From Saccharolobus solfataricus P2 (GTDB lineage Archaea; Thermoproteota; Thermoprotei_A; Sulfolobales; Sulfolobaceae), in NCBI RefSeq assembly GCF_000007005.1, contig NC_002754.1: DNA of 64,000 nucleotides, one strand, 5' to 3'. Positions 10,939 through 20,359 of this stretch are shown here, piece by piece. The notes under the pieces were generated by a model. That model was not told where the DNA came from and made no database searches. It saw only the letters and a list, made by a program, of their open reading frames with translations. A program made the translations under genes and the position numbers. Each line of letters starts with the position of its first letter. Within the stretch, counting starts at the first letter, position 1.

Positions 10939-12333
10939 ATGGAAATGGCAATCTATTGCGGTAAAACATACAGTTGGGCAAACGAACTTTGCAGTAAGCC
11001 ACTTAAGGAGGTAAAAGTCGTAGATTATAATTCAGTAGTTGATTGGGTTAACTCTCAAAAAGAGAGGGCTTTCCTAATTTTCGGTACGGACGTTATTCCA
11101 TATTCCCTATATGAATATCCTAAAATACCCGTAAATGAGACCCCGCTATTTAAATTTATGGAAAGAGGAGGTGTTGTAATTTGGACTGGCGATGTCCCCT
11201 TTTTCTACATCGAGAAGGATGGTATAAAAAAGGAGCTCTTTAGTAAGGGAAATCCTTTCCCTTTTAAGCCTATAAGCGTAATGGGACATAAACCTCTGTC
11301 TGAGAAGAGTGAAAATTCCATAGTGGGTGAAATGTTAAAATATGATCCTAAAGATTCGTGGAGACCCGTTGAACCTCATCCCTTGTTAATACCCATAAGT
11401 ATAGTAAAGAGCCATCCTTACACGCTTTATTCCACCTGGATTTACAAATACGGTAAAGGAGCATTTGTCAGGCTTTACGACTCTCCTTATGTAAACACTC
11501 AGTATATATTAAGCTTACCGGAACGACTGTCAAGCCTGGGAATTGGAATTAGGATAAGTAATTTTAGAAGGTTTAGGGATTTCAAGATGATTTTTCCAGA
11601 GTTTAAAATAGGGGTAATTCTGGGTAAGAATAACGTAGGGAAGACAACCATATTGGAAGCTATAGCAATGTTAGGTAAAAATGAGGATAAGATAAGGAAG
11701 TTCAGAGGGAATATCTCAACAGAAATTGCTGAAACCGAACTGTTTGTAAACTACACCTACTATAAGGCTGAGTTTTCCTACTCACAAGTTAATAGGTCTG
11801 CAGATGTGAACGTACTCTTAATATACTCCCACGATATTGACTTTGTGATTGACGATAAGGTACTCCCTTACGTGAAATCAAGTTTACGTAAAGTTACTGA
11901 ATTATTGAACTCATTTGACCCTAACATATTCTACGTTTATCTATCTTCTGGGAATGAACTTAGGGTGCTTTTTAATGACAGAACTGATGTGTCAATCAAC
12001 GAACTTGGTTATGGTTATAAGAGCTTATTGAATTTCATCTTGCTATATGTAATTTACCAGCCGAGAATTATTCTGATAGATGATCTGGAGGGCTTCGCAT
12101 TGCATCCGGATTTGCTTAAGATGTTCTATGATCTTCTACTGAAAATAGACGTTGACTTAATACTTATTACCACACAAAGCAGTGATATTTACGCGTATTT
12201 AGCTGAAAAGCGGTCGGATAAGGTTAGGTTTATATTAATTAACGATGATAAATATGAAGTTCTTACATCTGAGGAGGTTTTGGATAGGCTATACTATGAA
12301 GATTTAAGATATACTGCATTAAAAATACACTGA
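10939..12333 (+). CDS. AAA/ABC-type ATPase with extra about 200-aa N-terminal domain
   Basis: Walker A GKNNVGKT, signature LGYGYKSL, Walker B ILIDDLE..LHP. Confidence 0.8.
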   Translation: MEMAIYCGKTYSWANELCSKPLKEVKVVDYNSVVDWVNSQKERAFLIFGTDVIPYSLYEYPKIPVNETPLFKFMERGGVVIWTGDVPFFYIEKDGIKKELFSKGNPFPFKPISVMGHKPLSEKSENSIVGEMLKYDPKDSWRPVEPHPLLIPISIVKSHPYTLYSTWIYKYGKGAFVRLYDSPYVNTQYILSLPERLSSLGIGIRISNFRRFRDFKMIFPEFKIGVILGKNNVGKTTILEAIAMLGKNEDKIRKFRGNISTEIAETELFVNYTYYKAEFSYSQVNRSADVNVLLIYSHDIDFVIDDKVLPYVKSSLRKVTELLNSFDPNIFYVYLSSGNELRVLFNDRTDVSINELGYGYKSLLNFILLYVIYQPRIILIDDLEGFALHPDLLKMFYDLLLKIDVDLILITTQSSDIYAYLAEKRSDKVRFILINDDKYEVLTSEEVLDRLYYEDLRYTALKIH

Positions 12334-12932
12334 TGAAATTCAGCAGTAATGCTACAACCGAAATAGTTTTTGGAGACGGATCTTTTGATAGGGAGATTGT
12401 CAGAAACGCTCTTGAGAAGAACAAGGATAAATACTGTGAGCTATTACTGTTTATTCCGGAGAGCGGTGCTAAGGGTAAAAGTTTGCCTATAGGTATTGGG
12501 ATTGAGAGTGTACTTAAGTTTGTTAAAAACGATGTTAAGAGATTCTCCTTGAACTACATAATATTTATAGATAAGGAACACTGTACCTTAGATTATGTAG
12601 AATGCGTAAAGGAAACTGCAAAAGATTACGGAATATACACATCTGACGTGATAAAGCTTAACAATGAATATGATATTTATAGATTTTCATGTTCAGTAGG
12701 AAGTAAAAAATTTCGTATGTACTTCGTCTTTCTCGGATATTATTGCTGTATTGAGGACTTTATTTTAAAAATTTGTAATGAGCAGATAAAAGAATTTAGA
12801 GGCAGAGGATGCTGTCAAGAATATAAAAAGGAGTTAAAAAAGATAAAAGATAACTGCATAGAAAAGGCTATTGACGAACTATTCAAGGAAATAGAAAATG
12901 TGTTAAAGGATATAAGGCAAACTTCCAAATAA
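12333..12932 (+). CDS. Cys-rich putative TOPRIM-like (DUF3226/DUF4276-type) ATPase partner
   Basis: Coupled to the ATPase. IVFGDGSFD, IFIDKE and CIEDF resemble (V)EG..D, DxD and LED motifs; 10 Cys. Confidence 0.45.
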   Translation: MKFSSNATTEIVFGDGSFDREIVRNALEKNKDKYCELLLFIPESGAKGKSLPIGIGIESVLKFVKNDVKRFSLNYIIFIDKEHCTLDYVECVKETAKDYGIYTSDVIKLNNEYDIYRFSCSVGSKKFRMYFVFLGYYCCIEDFILKICNEQIKEFRGRGCCQEYKKELKKIKDNCIEKAIDELFKEIENVLKDIRQTSK

Positions 12933-12986
12933 CACTCTCTAAATTATAGGGAGTGTTCTCATGCAGTCATCTTATTCGATATCATA

Positions 12987-13095
12987 TAGTAAAATAAAAT
13001 TAAACTAGAAATTTTCACAATTAATCGTTTCGATCGAGATGTAGCTAAGGAATTAGAACATGAAAACAGCCTCTGAAAAAGCTTATGTGCGAGGG
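12987..13095. repeat. non-coding repeat arm B, continues at 15361-15450 after the IS110 insertion
   Basis: Reverse complement of 10641-10749; the rejoined flanks gtgcgagggttacgag match arm A gtgcgagggttatgaa. Confidence 0.75.
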
Positions 13096-13552
13096 CGTTC
13101 AGTAATAAATCTTTCGGTCGAATTTTGAGCATAGTATCAGCTACTATTGCCACGCGGACTCTTTCAATCCGCGTGATAGGGGAGGGTCACTTCACCTCAT
13201 AAGGCTTATTATTATACCAAACACTCCACACTATCCTAGCCAACTTCCTAGCTAAGGCAGTGTACAGTTTCCTACCCTTCAGTTTGTCCTTGTGAGCTTC
13301 GTGGAGCTTAAGGAGAGTAGGGTTACGCGAATATTGAGTCTCGGCAAGGAAATAAAACAAGCTACGCAAATACTTGTTACCCCTCTTGGAGATACCCTTT
13401 CTAACCTCAATCCTACCACTCCTCTCAACTACCGGGTCTAAACCGCAATAAGCAACGAAGGATTCAGGTCTTGGGAAGCGCCTAATATCACCCACAATCC
13501 CAATTATAATCCCAGCTGCCAGTTTCCCTATTCCGGAAATCGTGAGTAACAC

Positions 13553-14601
13553 TAGTATTTCCGGAAAGTTCTTAGACTTCAATTTTATCTAATCCTAGGT
13601 ATGTTATTGCATTAAGATTAAATCTATACTTATTTTCTTCAAAGAACTGTTTAATACAGTTTTTAACGTCTTCTATCGTATAGAATATTTTATTGCTCAT
13701 GTAGTTCTTGAGGGACTTGAAGACCGCCTCAGCCATATTAAGCTCAGGCGAGTAAGGAGGAGTAAACACGGGATGAATACCCTTCCTGCGACAAACCTCA
13801 AGCGTACCCTTAGTCTTGTGAGGAGAGTAATTATCCATGACCATGTAAACCCTACCACTACCCACACGCCTCTTAAAGTACCTCAAGAAATACTTAACGG
13901 ATTCAGAGTTAGGCCTTTTAGCAAGAGAAACCACTACTTCGCCGGTCCAAGCGTTTATAGCTAGAATAACATAGATTGAGGAAAAACCTATATTGACGCG
14001 CATTACGGGCTTACTGCCAACCTTAGCTAGAACCTTCTTAATTGACGTGCTAATTACTGTCCTACACTCGTCTAGAAAGAATAGTGCCTTTCTTTCCAAT
14101 TTCTTTATTTTTTTTAAAATCTTCCCACTTGTCCTTTTCTGCTTGGATGTTGGTAGGTCTGGGTTTTACTAGGTTGTATCCTAGTTCGTGGACTAGTTCG
14201 TATAGTCTGGATTTCTTGTATTCTATTCCTTGTTCTTGTAGTGCTATCTTGAGTGTTTTCATTGTCCAGTACTCTTGTTGTATTCCGTATTTTTGGGGCT
14301 TATCTTCCAGAATTTGTTTTATCTTTTCCTCTTCTACTTTTCTGGGTCTTCCTGATCTGGGCTTGTCCTTTAGTCCATCAAGACCTTCTTTCTTGTACTT
14401 GCCAATCCACAATTTTATCGTGGAATAGCCCTTGTTAAGCATTTTCGAAACTTCTTTCTCCGATTTACCATCAACTACGTGCAGCTTCACCGCAAGAATC
14501 CTCTCCTTAATTCTCGCGTTCTTCTCTTCCTTATAAGCTTGAACCAAATCTTGCATAGTTCAATCTGGTAATACTAATCTATAAACTTTTCGGAAACACT
14601 A
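13553..14601 (-). mobile_element. IS630-family ISC1048-like element
   Basis: TIRs tagtatttccggaaagtt / aacttttcggaaacacta, 1049 bp. HTH orfA 14062-14556 and DDE orfB 13572-14099 are joined by a TTTTAAAAAAAA -1 slippery site (14108-14119). Confidence 0.9.
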
Positions 14602-15185
14602 ACGTGGTCTTGAGGCACATTACCCTCTATCATTTTCCTCACCTCCTTCAACTCTTCTCGTGTTTGAATTAGTGTCCTCGCTAGGACTTGAATCTCACGT
14701 AGTACTGTACCAGTGTATTCCAGTTGATACAGTTTTACGTCAGAGAAGTCTCCCTTAGAGAACTTCTCCAATCTCTCCTCGCTCAACTTCTCCTCGTCGC
14801 TCACGAGGAAGAGAGCTCTCCTTAACCTGTTCTCTTGTTTCGTTTGCACATCCTTCATGAAGAGGTAGAGTGATACTAACTCTTTCAAGGGGTTGTTAAC
14901 GTATTCTCTAGACTTATTTACCATGTTTTCAAGTTTTTCTGCGTCGTAAAAATCTGTTTTCTTCCCCTTACGTCCTTTTCTTTCCATAGCAAGGCTGACT
15001 AGTAGGACTTTCACTCCTCTTTCTTTGAAGTATTGGCAAGGTCTTGTTGAGTATACTCCTGTGGGTTCTATTACGATGATGTTTGGCTTCATGGTTAGTA
15101 TTTCTTCGTAGCCCTTCTCGTTGTTTGTGAATTTTCTCACCCTCCCCTTACTTGTTACCAAGTGTTCTTTTGATACGTCTATTCC

Positions 15186-15345
15186 AATTACCCCTACGCT
15201 TGTGTCACACCTATATTCGTGAATATTTTCACAATGTTCAGTCCGACTGTAGGGGCTCGTCACGCCCTCGCCCGAAGACTTTGCTTCAATTTCCCATTCG
15301 ACCATTTTTCCCCAGCTGAGGAGAATATTACTCTCCCCAGCTAAT
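15186..15345 (-). ncRNA. candidate IS110 bridge RNA
   Basis: Two parallel gtc...gac loops with internal hairpins. Guide segments match the element end junction (actgaac, atatagg) and the right target flank (gcgaggg). Confidence 0.65.
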
Positions 15346-15464
15346 TAACCTATATATAGGTTACGAGATTTTTTGTGAGGGTTACCAATATGAACCTCGT
15401 AACCCTCGCACAATTAATACTTATGATTCTAAGAAATTTAAATCTTAAGCCGAGAAAGTACGAG

Positions 15465-15648
15465 TAGCATTTATAGGAAAATCGTTACACTTTTACGTTA
15501 CGTTAAAAATATATAGTAAATCTTTCCTGGTTAGATGAAAAATGCTTATTGATAAGCTATAATATTAAGAAGTACAATGAAAGATATTTATAAATACATG
15601 GATAAATATTTTGACTTTTTATGGTAAGGGAATATCCTAAAACTACTA
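15465..15648 (+). mobile_element. SM2-type MITE (184 bp), no TSD
   Basis: Near-identical to 48976-49159; ends tagcatttataggaaaatc / gaatatcctaaaactacta resemble ISC1217 ends. Confidence 0.85.
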
Positions 15649-16567
15649 ATAGGATAAAGCCAACTAAGGGGACGTCGTGGGGACTGGTTCAAGCCGCGAT
15701 CTTCCTCCTGGGGAGGACGAGGAGCTTCCTGGACGTGATCCCAGTGACCGTGAAGAACGTAGCTGAAGGTTTCAAGGCGGTGATGGAGGTAATCGTGAAG
15801 GAGTTGGAGGAGGACAAGCTGAGGCTCGTCATGGTCTTCGCGGACAAGGAGTTCGCAGTGAACGAAGTGATTAGATACCTCTTGGAGTTGGGCTTGGACT
15901 TCGTCATATCTGCCAAGGTCCAGATGTACAAGAAGTACAAGGGAATGTTGCAGGATGTGGATGTGAGTTTTGGCGGAGTTAGATATACTGGATTTCTCTG
16001 CGTGAGATATGGGAGTGGAGCTTATCTCATTATCCTGAGGAAGGAAGACGGCAAGATTATTGCCTTCCTCGTGAGGAGGGAGATGGATCTTTATGATGCC
16101 ATAGTCCTTGCCGAGATGTACAGGGAGAGGTGGGGGATAGAGAACGCCTTCCGCTCTCTTGAGGAGTTCAGGATCAGGACTAGGACTTGTGACGTGAGGA
16201 AGGAACTGGTTCTCGTTCTGCTTTCCTATCTTCTCTTGAATGTCTGGTTCTTGATCCGCTCTTGGAGGAAGGTAAAGTTGTGGGAGTTCTCGGTCTCCCT
16301 CTCGAATCTCCTCGATCGGGAGGTAAGAGTGGAACAAGGACGCGCGTTCCGTGAAGTGAAGACGCCATTCCCCTAAACTCCAGCTAACCCTATGCACCTC
16401 CTTCCAGCTACGTGAAATTAATTCTATATATTTATATTCTGCTATTGAAAACTGACTTATTAACTGTCATTTTCATAAAATATATGCAGTTATATTTGAA
16501 TAAAACTGGTGCGGTTCAATCTTACATATATTATCATTTATATCAGAAAAATGAGATTCCCATACTG
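15649..16567 (+). mobile_element. 5'-truncated ISC1359 (ISH3/IS4-like DDE)
   Basis: Matches the 59315 and 61250 copies; right TIR gagattcccatactg; RWGIENAFR motif. Confidence 0.88.
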
Positions 16568-17000
16568 AAGTCAAACATCATCGTGATAGAACCCACCGGA
16601 GTATACTCAACGAGACCTTGCCAATACTTCAAAGAAAGAGGAGTGAAAGTCCTACTAGTCAGCCTTGCTATGGAAAGAAAAGGACATAAGGGGAAAGAAA
16701 ACAGATTTTTACGACGCAGAAAAACTTGAAAACATGGTAAATAATGCTAGAGAATACGTTAACAACCCCTTGAAAGAGTTAGTATCACTCTACCTCTTCA
16801 TGAAGGATGTGCAAACGAAACAAGAGAACAGGTTAAGGAGAGCTCTCTTCCTCGTGAGCGACGAGGAGAAGTTGAGCGAGGAGAGATTGGAGAAGTTCTC
16901 TAAGGGAGACTTCTCTGACGTAAAACTGTATCAACTGGAATACACTGGTACAGTACTACGTGAGATTCAAGTCCTAGCGAGGACACTACTTCAAACACGA
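16568..17000 (+). pseudogene. internal fragment of a second IS110 copy
   Basis: Near-identical to 14660-15090 on the opposite strand; frameshift near 16685. Confidence 0.85.
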
Positions 17001-18209
17001 GACGTTGTCCGATTTGAGCAAAATTAAAAACCATTATAATTACAACATCTCAGATTATACTATTCTTCATTATATTCAAGTATAAAAAATAATATAATAT
17101 GTATTAATAAGGGAAAATACAGATAATTGTACAATTTTGCAATAAAATTTATCATAACAACAAGTAAACACGTAAACGAACCTCGTTAATTAACGAGTAC
17201 CTTCGTCCTAATCCTCGTCGAAAGAATTTCGAGATCACGATAGAGGTTAAGGAAGAATACCTCCATAACCACTCCCCTTAAGGTTGTAGACGAAGCCTTA
17301 CCTTCCCTAATCTCAACACCACTACCCTCAACCGGAAGTCCAGCACTACCAACACCCTTAACTAAGACGTCCTCCCTAAAAATCCAAGCCCTATCGGCCA
17401 TTAACTTAACGTTATCAAATGAAAAGGCTAGATCCCTCAAATTAGCCAATCCAACCTTGAAGCCCCTAACGAAATTAGTCCTCCTTTCCACAAGGTTACA
17501 GACCTTAAACCCGAAGTAGGACTTACCGTGCTTCCTACCCCAACCCTTATACTTCCTAAAGGCTGTGAAGCTCTTGAGCTTGGAAGTAGTATAACCCATG
17601 AGGAGAAAAACGTCATTGAACCCCATCTCCTTAAGGTCAAGTGAGATCTTCTCAAGACCGTTTTGAAGACTCCTCTTTCCTGGGTAGGCTTCACGGAAGA
17701 ATGTGTCAATTATGTGGTAGTCCTCGAACCTATCGTTTTTTCTCTCCCAACTTCAAGTTCAAAGCCCTTTTCCCTATACTCGCTGATCGCCTTGTCCAAA
17801 GCCTTGTTTAACTCATCCATCAGTGTTGTTCTCATCGTCTCGCCCTCTTGAATAACTGTTTGTTGTAGTTTCTTGTAGAAGGAGAATACTGTGCTCTTTG
17901 GTGGAATTTTCCCGCCCAAGAAGTCCATAAACCTCTTACTGTCCCTAATTTCTCCCTCCAAGTTATTCCAAGAGATGTCGAAAATGAGCTTGATTAGGAG
18001 GACTTTGAGGAGTGAGATGACGTTCCACTTGGGCTTCTTGGAGTAAAGGGACTTAAGCTTACTCCTAAACGTTTCTCAAGGGAAGGATTTATCTACCTTG
18101 AGTAAGAGGTCCTTTTCAGTTGAAATTGCCTTTACCATAATATTATCTCATCCTAATTTCTTATTAATATTACTCATGAATTGCCATTTTAATCAACTTG
18201 GATAACGTC
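17001..18209 (-). mobile_element. ISC1212 (IS5 family) copy 1
   Basis: TIRs gacgttgtccgatttgagc / aatcaacttggataacgtc; stop codon in orfA; flanks acga/gcga do not match. Confidence 0.88.
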
Positions 18210-18289
18210 GCGAGGCTTTCATTGGTGAAAGAGCGAACAAGAGAAGAAAAAGAATTTGAAATAACTCCCCAGTTTACTGAGAAAAAATT

Positions 18290-18517
18290 CTATTTAACCT
18301 TCTTTTCTAACTCCTCAACTCTCTTCTTTAACTCTTGAAGTTCTTTGTTGACTTCCTCTAAACTTATTTTATTTCCTTCTTTTTCCTTCATGTAACACTC
18401 AAAAGCGTCTTTTAGCACTTCATAAACGCTTACTTTCCTTTTCTCAGCTTCATCAACTATCTTCTTCCACAGTTCCTCATCTGGGAAATAAACAGATTTG
18501 TAACCAGGTCTTGGCAT
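18290..18517 (-). CDS. CopG/RHH regulator with C-terminal coiled coil
   Basis: YKSVYFPDEELWKKIVDEAEKRKVSVYEVL RHH pattern plus leucine-zipper tail. Confidence 0.75.
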   Translation of the reverse strand: MPRPGYKSVYFPDEELWKKIVDEAEKRKVSVYEVLKDAFECYMKEKEGNKISLEEVNKELQELKKRVEELEKKVK

Positions 18518-18535
18518 CTTACCTCAATATACTTT

Positions 18536-18605
18536 ATTGTACTTTAATATAAAAACTTTAATGTACCGCAAATTACCACAAAATTTATATATGTTAAAGT
18601 ACAAT
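18536..18605. promoter_or_regulatory. divergent promoter region with perfect 12-bp inverted operator half-sites
   Basis: attgtactttaa (18536-18547) and ttaaagtacaat (18594-18605); TATA-like tttatata at about 18584-18591. Confidence 0.55.
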
Positions 18606-18608
18606 ATG

Positions 18609-18687
18609 GTACATAGCGGGGTCAAATGATGAGCGACTGGCGGGCTGAATCCTGATGAACATGTTACGAACTGACCCCGCTATGTAC
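18609..18687 (+). ncRNA. box C/D guide sRNA with 16-bp terminal stem
   Basis: C ATGATGA 18626-32, 12-nt guide, D' CTGA 18645-48, C' CTGATGA 18652-58, 12-nt guide, D CTGA 18671-74; arms gtacatagcggggtca / tgaccccgctatgtac. Confidence 0.85.
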
Positions 18688-18765
18688 TTCTTTGCGCTTT
18701 ATAACTAATAACTTTAATCCTGTCTGGATCCCAAAAATTTTCGGTGAAAGAGCTGGCTCCCACGT

Positions 18766-19993
18766 GAGAGTGTCCGGAATGTAATTATCTGAACGAATAG
18801 ATAAACAGAATGATAAATATTAATATTGCCAGAAGGATAGGACCTGGATCACCGAGAAAAACTTTATAATGGAAAAATATCAAGACGAGAGGATTTACCT
18901 ATCGCGCATAGCGTTGCCTGATCGCGAGGAGGCGCGTCTCAGAGCTGAACGGCTCTACGTCCTGGAGGAGTCCTCCGTTGGATCGCGAGGAACATCTTGA
19001 TGTTGTAGATCACTCCCAGGACGTGAAGGAAGACGTCGTTCCTCCAGGTCGTGGTCCCGTAGGGCCTCCAGAACGCGTTCAGGTAGGTGCCGAAGAACTC
19101 CACGTGGACCCTCAGGGTAGTGAAGGGCTTCTCCCGCGCTATGAGCTGTGTCGGGGAGGGAGAGAATCCCCTGTCCGTGATCTTAATCCCCTTGAGCGGT
19201 GACTTGAACCTCTTGTCCGAGAAGTTGGCCGGCTTCACCGTGATGGACCTCACGAAGAGGGAGACGGAGATCACGGCCACTGCCTTGAGCCCGTAGTGCG
19301 AGACCCCTCTCTTCTTGGTCCACCTTCCCTCGAACCTCCTCTTGGTTCTCCCCAGGGAGAGCAGCTTCCTGGCCCTCTCCAGGTTACCTTCCCTCCTCTC
19401 CAGCTCCGCCTTCTCCCGAAAGGTCTCCACGCTCCTCTTCCCAGGAGGTAAGTCCAGTAGGAAGGAGTCCACTAGCCACGCCATGAAGTCCACGAGATGC
19501 GCGCTCGCAGGGAGGTAACTGGGTAGGCACTTCTCCTCAAGCTTGAAGGAAATCTCCAACAACTTCTTCCTCACCCCGTACAACCTGCCCACGAAGTCGT
19601 GCAGCGTGCTCTTCCCCACCTTCCTCCCCACGAACCAGGCCACGACCACGTTCACGTTGACCATTTTCACCGCGTCCCTATAGGAGCAGGAGTAGAGCAC
19701 CATGACGATTAACAACTTCAGGTAAACCAGCGCGCCCTCGCCAAGAACCCTCTCCAAATCCATAGCGTCCAGCACGGGCTTGATCTCCGTTAACCATTTT
19801 TCCCTCCACGGCATATCCTCTATTGGGGGAAGAGGGTAGTACATCAAGTTTGGTATGTGTCTTAATGTTCTTGCCATGGTACTACCCTCTACTCCCATAA
19901 CTTAAGTGTTACTCCAATTTAATCCAAGATAATGCTAAAAATCAATTTATTCTTGTCAATAAAAATTCAATTTTTTACATTCCGGACACTCTC
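18766..19993 (-). mobile_element. ISC1234-like IS, intact 319-aa transposase (18939-19898)
   Basis: 19-bp TIR gagagtgtccggaatgtaa, TSD ACGT, 1228 bp. Confidence 0.85.
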
Positions 19994-20137
19994 ACGTGAA
20001 AGTAAACAGGATTAACAAATATGTTAATCTTGAGGGGAGGGGTTAAGCAAAAGAATTTTTGATTGCGTTTAAGGATATGTACAGTTCTGTTAATCCTACC
20101 TAAGGTTTATTAATGAGATTTTTACGATAAAATAATT

Positions 20138-20359
20138 GTGCAAAAACTTCAAAATACTGAGAAAATATTGATAATATTATCTCATGGATGTGCTACTTTA
20201 GAGCGTTTAGAGGAAAAGACTGGAATACCAAGAGAAGAGCTACTAGTTTACCTGACCAGACTGTATAATAGGGGGTTAATCTATAGAAAGTGGCAAAAAT
20301 ATGGAGGGAAAAAGTTCAGGGAATATTGTTTAAAAAACAGAGATGAGATTTTACGTTAA
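20138..20359 (+). CDS. plrA: PlrA (pRN1 ORF80-like) plasmid DNA-binding protein
   Basis: LLVYLTRLYNRGLIYRKWQKYGGKKFREYCLK closely resembles the PlrA/ORF80 family. Confidence 0.85.
   Translation: MQKLQNTEKILIILSHGCATLERLEEKTGIPREELLVYLTRLYNRGLIYRKWQKYGGKKFREYCLKNRDEILR

Larger units (their letters stand above)
13096..15360 (-). mobile_element. IS110-family element (ISC1229-like, about 1.21 kb when rejoined), transposase split by ISC1048
   Basis: GIDVSK, IEPTG (DEDD) N-half at 14602-15305; LLTISGIG, SG..ISKRGNKYLR C-half at 13187-13552; GG core at both junctions; right-end hairpin cacgcgga/tccgcgtg at 13151-13175. Confidence 0.88.

Noticed and set aside
13155-13175. ctttcaatcc resembles the reverse of a Sulfolobus CRISPR repeat end (ATTGAAAG)
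   Set aside because: It is a single occurrence in the loop of the IS110 right-end hairpin, with no periodic repeats or spacers. No CRISPR array was found anywhere in the window.
15186-15305. N-terminal extension MVEWEIEAK... of the IS110 transposase
   Set aside because: It overlaps the structured bridge-RNA-like region and precedes the GIDVSK motif by an atypically long stretch. The real start is uncertain, so it was not treated as a novel domain.
15588-16397. Long antisense ORFs inside ISC1359, ISC1234-like and ISC1058 copies (also 18978, 33092, 40663, 51898, 59930, 61420, 61865)
   Set aside because: These are shadow frames of GC-rich transposase genes, with no independent motifs or promoters.
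16412-16729. ORFs MKLILYIYILL... (also 59171-59470) and similar short ORFs at IS ends (22872, 43479)
   Set aside because: They are read-throughs of AT-rich IS termini into flanking DNA.
20012-20027. TTAA-N8-TTAA as a PlrA binding site
   Set aside because: The reported ORF80 site as I recall it has N7 spacing, and TTAA is frequent in AT-rich DNA, so it is not supportable alone.
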